A stretch of DNA of 64,000 nucleotides from Moniliella sp. 'wahieum'. Taxonomy: Eukaryota. Location of the stretch: assembly GCA_003971905.1 (NCBI GenBank), contig RSEE01000144.1, positions 1 to 64,000 of the forward strand, read 5' to 3'. Under the pieces are notes generated by a model that had not been told where the DNA came from, made no database searches, and saw only the letters and a list, made by a program, of their open reading frames with translations. Below are positions 61,433 through 64,000 of this stretch, in pieces (position 1 is the first letter of the stretch; the number at the start of each line of letters is the position of its first letter). The translations under genes were made by a program, and so were the position numbers.

Positions 61433-64000
61433 ATGGACGCCCCCGCGTCCCCCCGGGCGCGCACCCATCGACGCACGTGCCCATCCCGGCGCCGCCTCGC
61501 CCCTCCTCGACCTCGCCCCGTCTTGCTCGCCCCCACCTGTCCCCCTGTCCCCCACCCTCCTTGTCCCGCCCGACCTGCTCGCCCACCTGCCGCGCTCGCC
61601 CCTGCCCCCGCCGCGTGCTTCCCGCTCCTCTCGCGCCTCAGGCTCTCTGTCCTCGCCCCCGCTCACCCAAGACGCCGCACCAGCCGCTCCTTTTCCCACT
61701 GGACTCTGGGCACTGCCTGCACACCAGGCCCTGCCTCCACCTCTTCACGCGAGCAAACCGCATCCCCACCCGCCTCGGAGGACACTCCCGAGCCTGCGCC
61801 AGCCTCCACCTGCTCGACCTCCATCCCAGACCAGCATAGCTCACATTCGCTTCCCTCCCTGGCTCCTACCCTCTCTGCCGATCATGGCAGTCAGCCCAAC
61901 CGCGCTTCTCTCCCCTCCGCCCTTCCCACTTCCACTTCCGAACAGTGCCTCCCCCCCGCCTCGCCCCCGCCTCCGCCCTCGTCTTCGTCTCCCCCGCCCC
62001 ACCCGCCCCCCCCTCTGACGACCCCCACTGTACCAGACCTTGATCCGCTCGCGCGTGCCCAGCACGAAGCCCAGCTGGCCTGGGACGAAGACCCGGGCTT
62101 TATGCCACGGGAAGACCTGGTCCTATGGCTCGGCCGACGTGCCACTGCGGCCCACTCTGCTGCCGAGGTGGCCGCCGCTCAAACTGCCTACATGGCCCAT
62201 TTCGATTTCTCTCCACGATCGGGTGGACGAAGCACTACGAAAGCTCTGTGCCAAGCTGCTGCTCCGCGCTGAGACACAGGTACTGGAACGACGTGCTGCA
62301 AGCGTTTGCCGTGCGCTTTCTCACTGCCCACCCTGCTTCGGACCTGTACCGTTCCGAGAACAGGTCCACCACCTTGCGTTTAGCATTTTGCTCCTCAATA
62401 CTGATCTTCATGTGGCCGACTTGGGGGAACGGATGACGCGTCCCCAGTTTGTCCGCAACACGCTCTTGGCGCTGGAAGGTGACCAGGCCGCCTGTTCCTC
62501 TGACGCCGCGGTTCCCAGCGCCGCCACTACCGATTCGCTCGACGGTACGGTTGTCAAGACAAAAAAAGCGGGACGAGATGTGCGTGGGCAACGAGGATGG
62601 AGCGACTACTGAGGGTGCGTAGTTAGTTACCTGTCGCTCCTTCTTGGCGTTTTGTATGGTGTTGACCTTGTGGTTGGATTGTGAACAGGATATCTACACG
62701 GCCTTGCGGTCCGAGCCCATCCACCTGCCTTCGTGGTGCGGCGATGTACTTGGTGCCCCTTCGCCCGACCCAAACAAACACTTCGCCCGACGAAGCAGTA
62801 TCCGCGGCCTGCCTTCGCTTTTGACGCCTAACGCACCCAGTCGACGCTGGTCAGAGTCCGGGTTAGATGCGCGGTCGGCGGGACACGAGCAAGGGCCTGT
62901 TGGGTTTGTTTCCTCCTCACCCAGACCAGTATTCCCGAAGAGCAGGATGCCAGCGTCACGGGCCAAAAACCGATCCCCGATTCGGAACTGGGCGCTGGCT
63001 GTGCGCCCTGGGCCAAGGAGGGCCGGCTGAGCCCAAGTTGATGGTCCCGGGCAAACGAGGCAAAGATAAAGCGTGGACCGAAGTGTTTGCGGTTGTGCAT
63101 GCTCCGGTGTCCTGTCCTTTTTCACCTTGCATCTTCCCTGTCCCCGCCACCACCGCTGTTGGCGGTGGCAACTGGGCGCTTAGTGCGGAACTGGTGGATG
63201 AGGTGCTGCAACAGACTGTAGCCCAGCCGGTACCGCCTCCTGGGCTGAGCCGTGCTCGACCCATGTCGTCGCCCTGCACGTGCCTGGCACCGGAGCATGT
63301 ACCTCCAAACATCGCATGAAGGTCTAGTGACGGAATGGTGTACGACCCTCAACTATTGGGCTGCCCGCGCGTCCCAGTCGCCCCTTGCGGCCGGGGTGAC
63401 GAGCGTCGATTACGGGTGGAACGTTGCTGGACCCCATTCCCCCCCCCGGCTACCCCTCTACCACTGCTACCACGGCTACCACGGCTAGTACGGCTACCAC
63501 GGGGAAGAAATGGAGAGAAGATGCTCTGCCACCCCAACTCCAGCAGTCCCGCCGACCCAACGCAGCGTGCCAATGTCTCTGTCGGTATCGGACTCGAGCT
63601 CCTCTGCATCGCTCCTCGGGCACCTCAAGCCCTCCACCACGCACACTTCGCTTACTCCCTCGGAGGAGGAGGCGCTGAGTGGGCCACCGGAGATGGTTCG
63701 TTCCTTTTCACTCGGTGTCGGTGCCCCCCGCGCCGAGGGTTATGACCCTGGGGTGGGGAAAGGCGTTGCGCGGGTTGGGTTCGCGCGTGGCCGGGACCGA
63801 AGCCGGCCCGGCTGCCGTGGAGTTTACTGCAGTAGGGTCGAAACTGGCCCGGGGTCGCGCTCCTCCTTCGCCCCTCTTCCCTACGCCTGTGCCGAGCCCC
63901 GCCGCACGGCAAGGCGTATGCATCGGAACACATTGCGTTGGGCACGTGGTCCCCTCCCCCTCCGCCGTTGGGACGATCGAGCTTATCGGAGCAAGAGCAG
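61433..64000 (+). CDS. Sec7-domain plus PH-domain Arf guanine nucleotide exchange factor (Yel1/EFA6-like); 3' end unresolved
   Basis: YMAHFDF, VDEALRKLCAKLLLRAETQVLER (Glu finger), AFSILLLNTDLH, MTRPQFVRNTL. PH region WTEVFAVV, GGGNW, LVTEWCTTLNYWAARASQSPL, SVDYGWN. Confidence 0.85.

Noticed and set aside
1..64000. tRNA, rRNA, spliceosomal snRNA or TPP riboswitch
   Set aside because: No convincing consensus seen by eye; a tRNAscan-SE or Infernal scan would be needed to exclude them.

Overview
Eukaryotic, GC-rich, intron-poor fungal DNA. It is most likely a basidiomycete of the Ustilaginomycotina type, judging from the single-chain fused ATP-citrate lyase, intronless RPS7 and short GT..AG introns with CTRAC-like branch points. 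Almost every conserved gene is broken by single-base indels, often at homopolymers, which points to an unpolished long-read assembly rather than pseudogenes. Recognisable genes: a CCCH zinc-finger/PAM2 protein, DUS2, a Gfo/Idh/MocA oxidoreductase (YMR315W-like), RPS7, a secreted GH128 glucanase, transportin/KAP104, NOP4, a Zn2Cys6 factor, cytosolic TrpRS, a KRE6/SKN1 GH16, an FGGY pentulose kinase, CWC15, a TFIIIC triple-barrel subunit, a very divergent DH-PH-CNH RhoGEF, ACL and a Sec7-PH ArfGEF. Several orphan ORFs are also present. The most unusual observations are: (1) a dispersed family of intergenic arrays with TCA/TGA repeated every 7 bp around mostly palindromic but variable 4-bp spacers; (2) a stand-alone Ded1/DDX3-like C-terminal tail with no helicase core; (3) a transportin whose acidic H8 loop is replaced by a Ser/Thr microsatellite tract; (4) a lower-GC block carrying the divergent RhoGEF; (5) an exact 58-bp duplication with exon-like ends. 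All calls come from reading the sequence and recalling family motifs, with no database searches. Gene boundaries are approximate.
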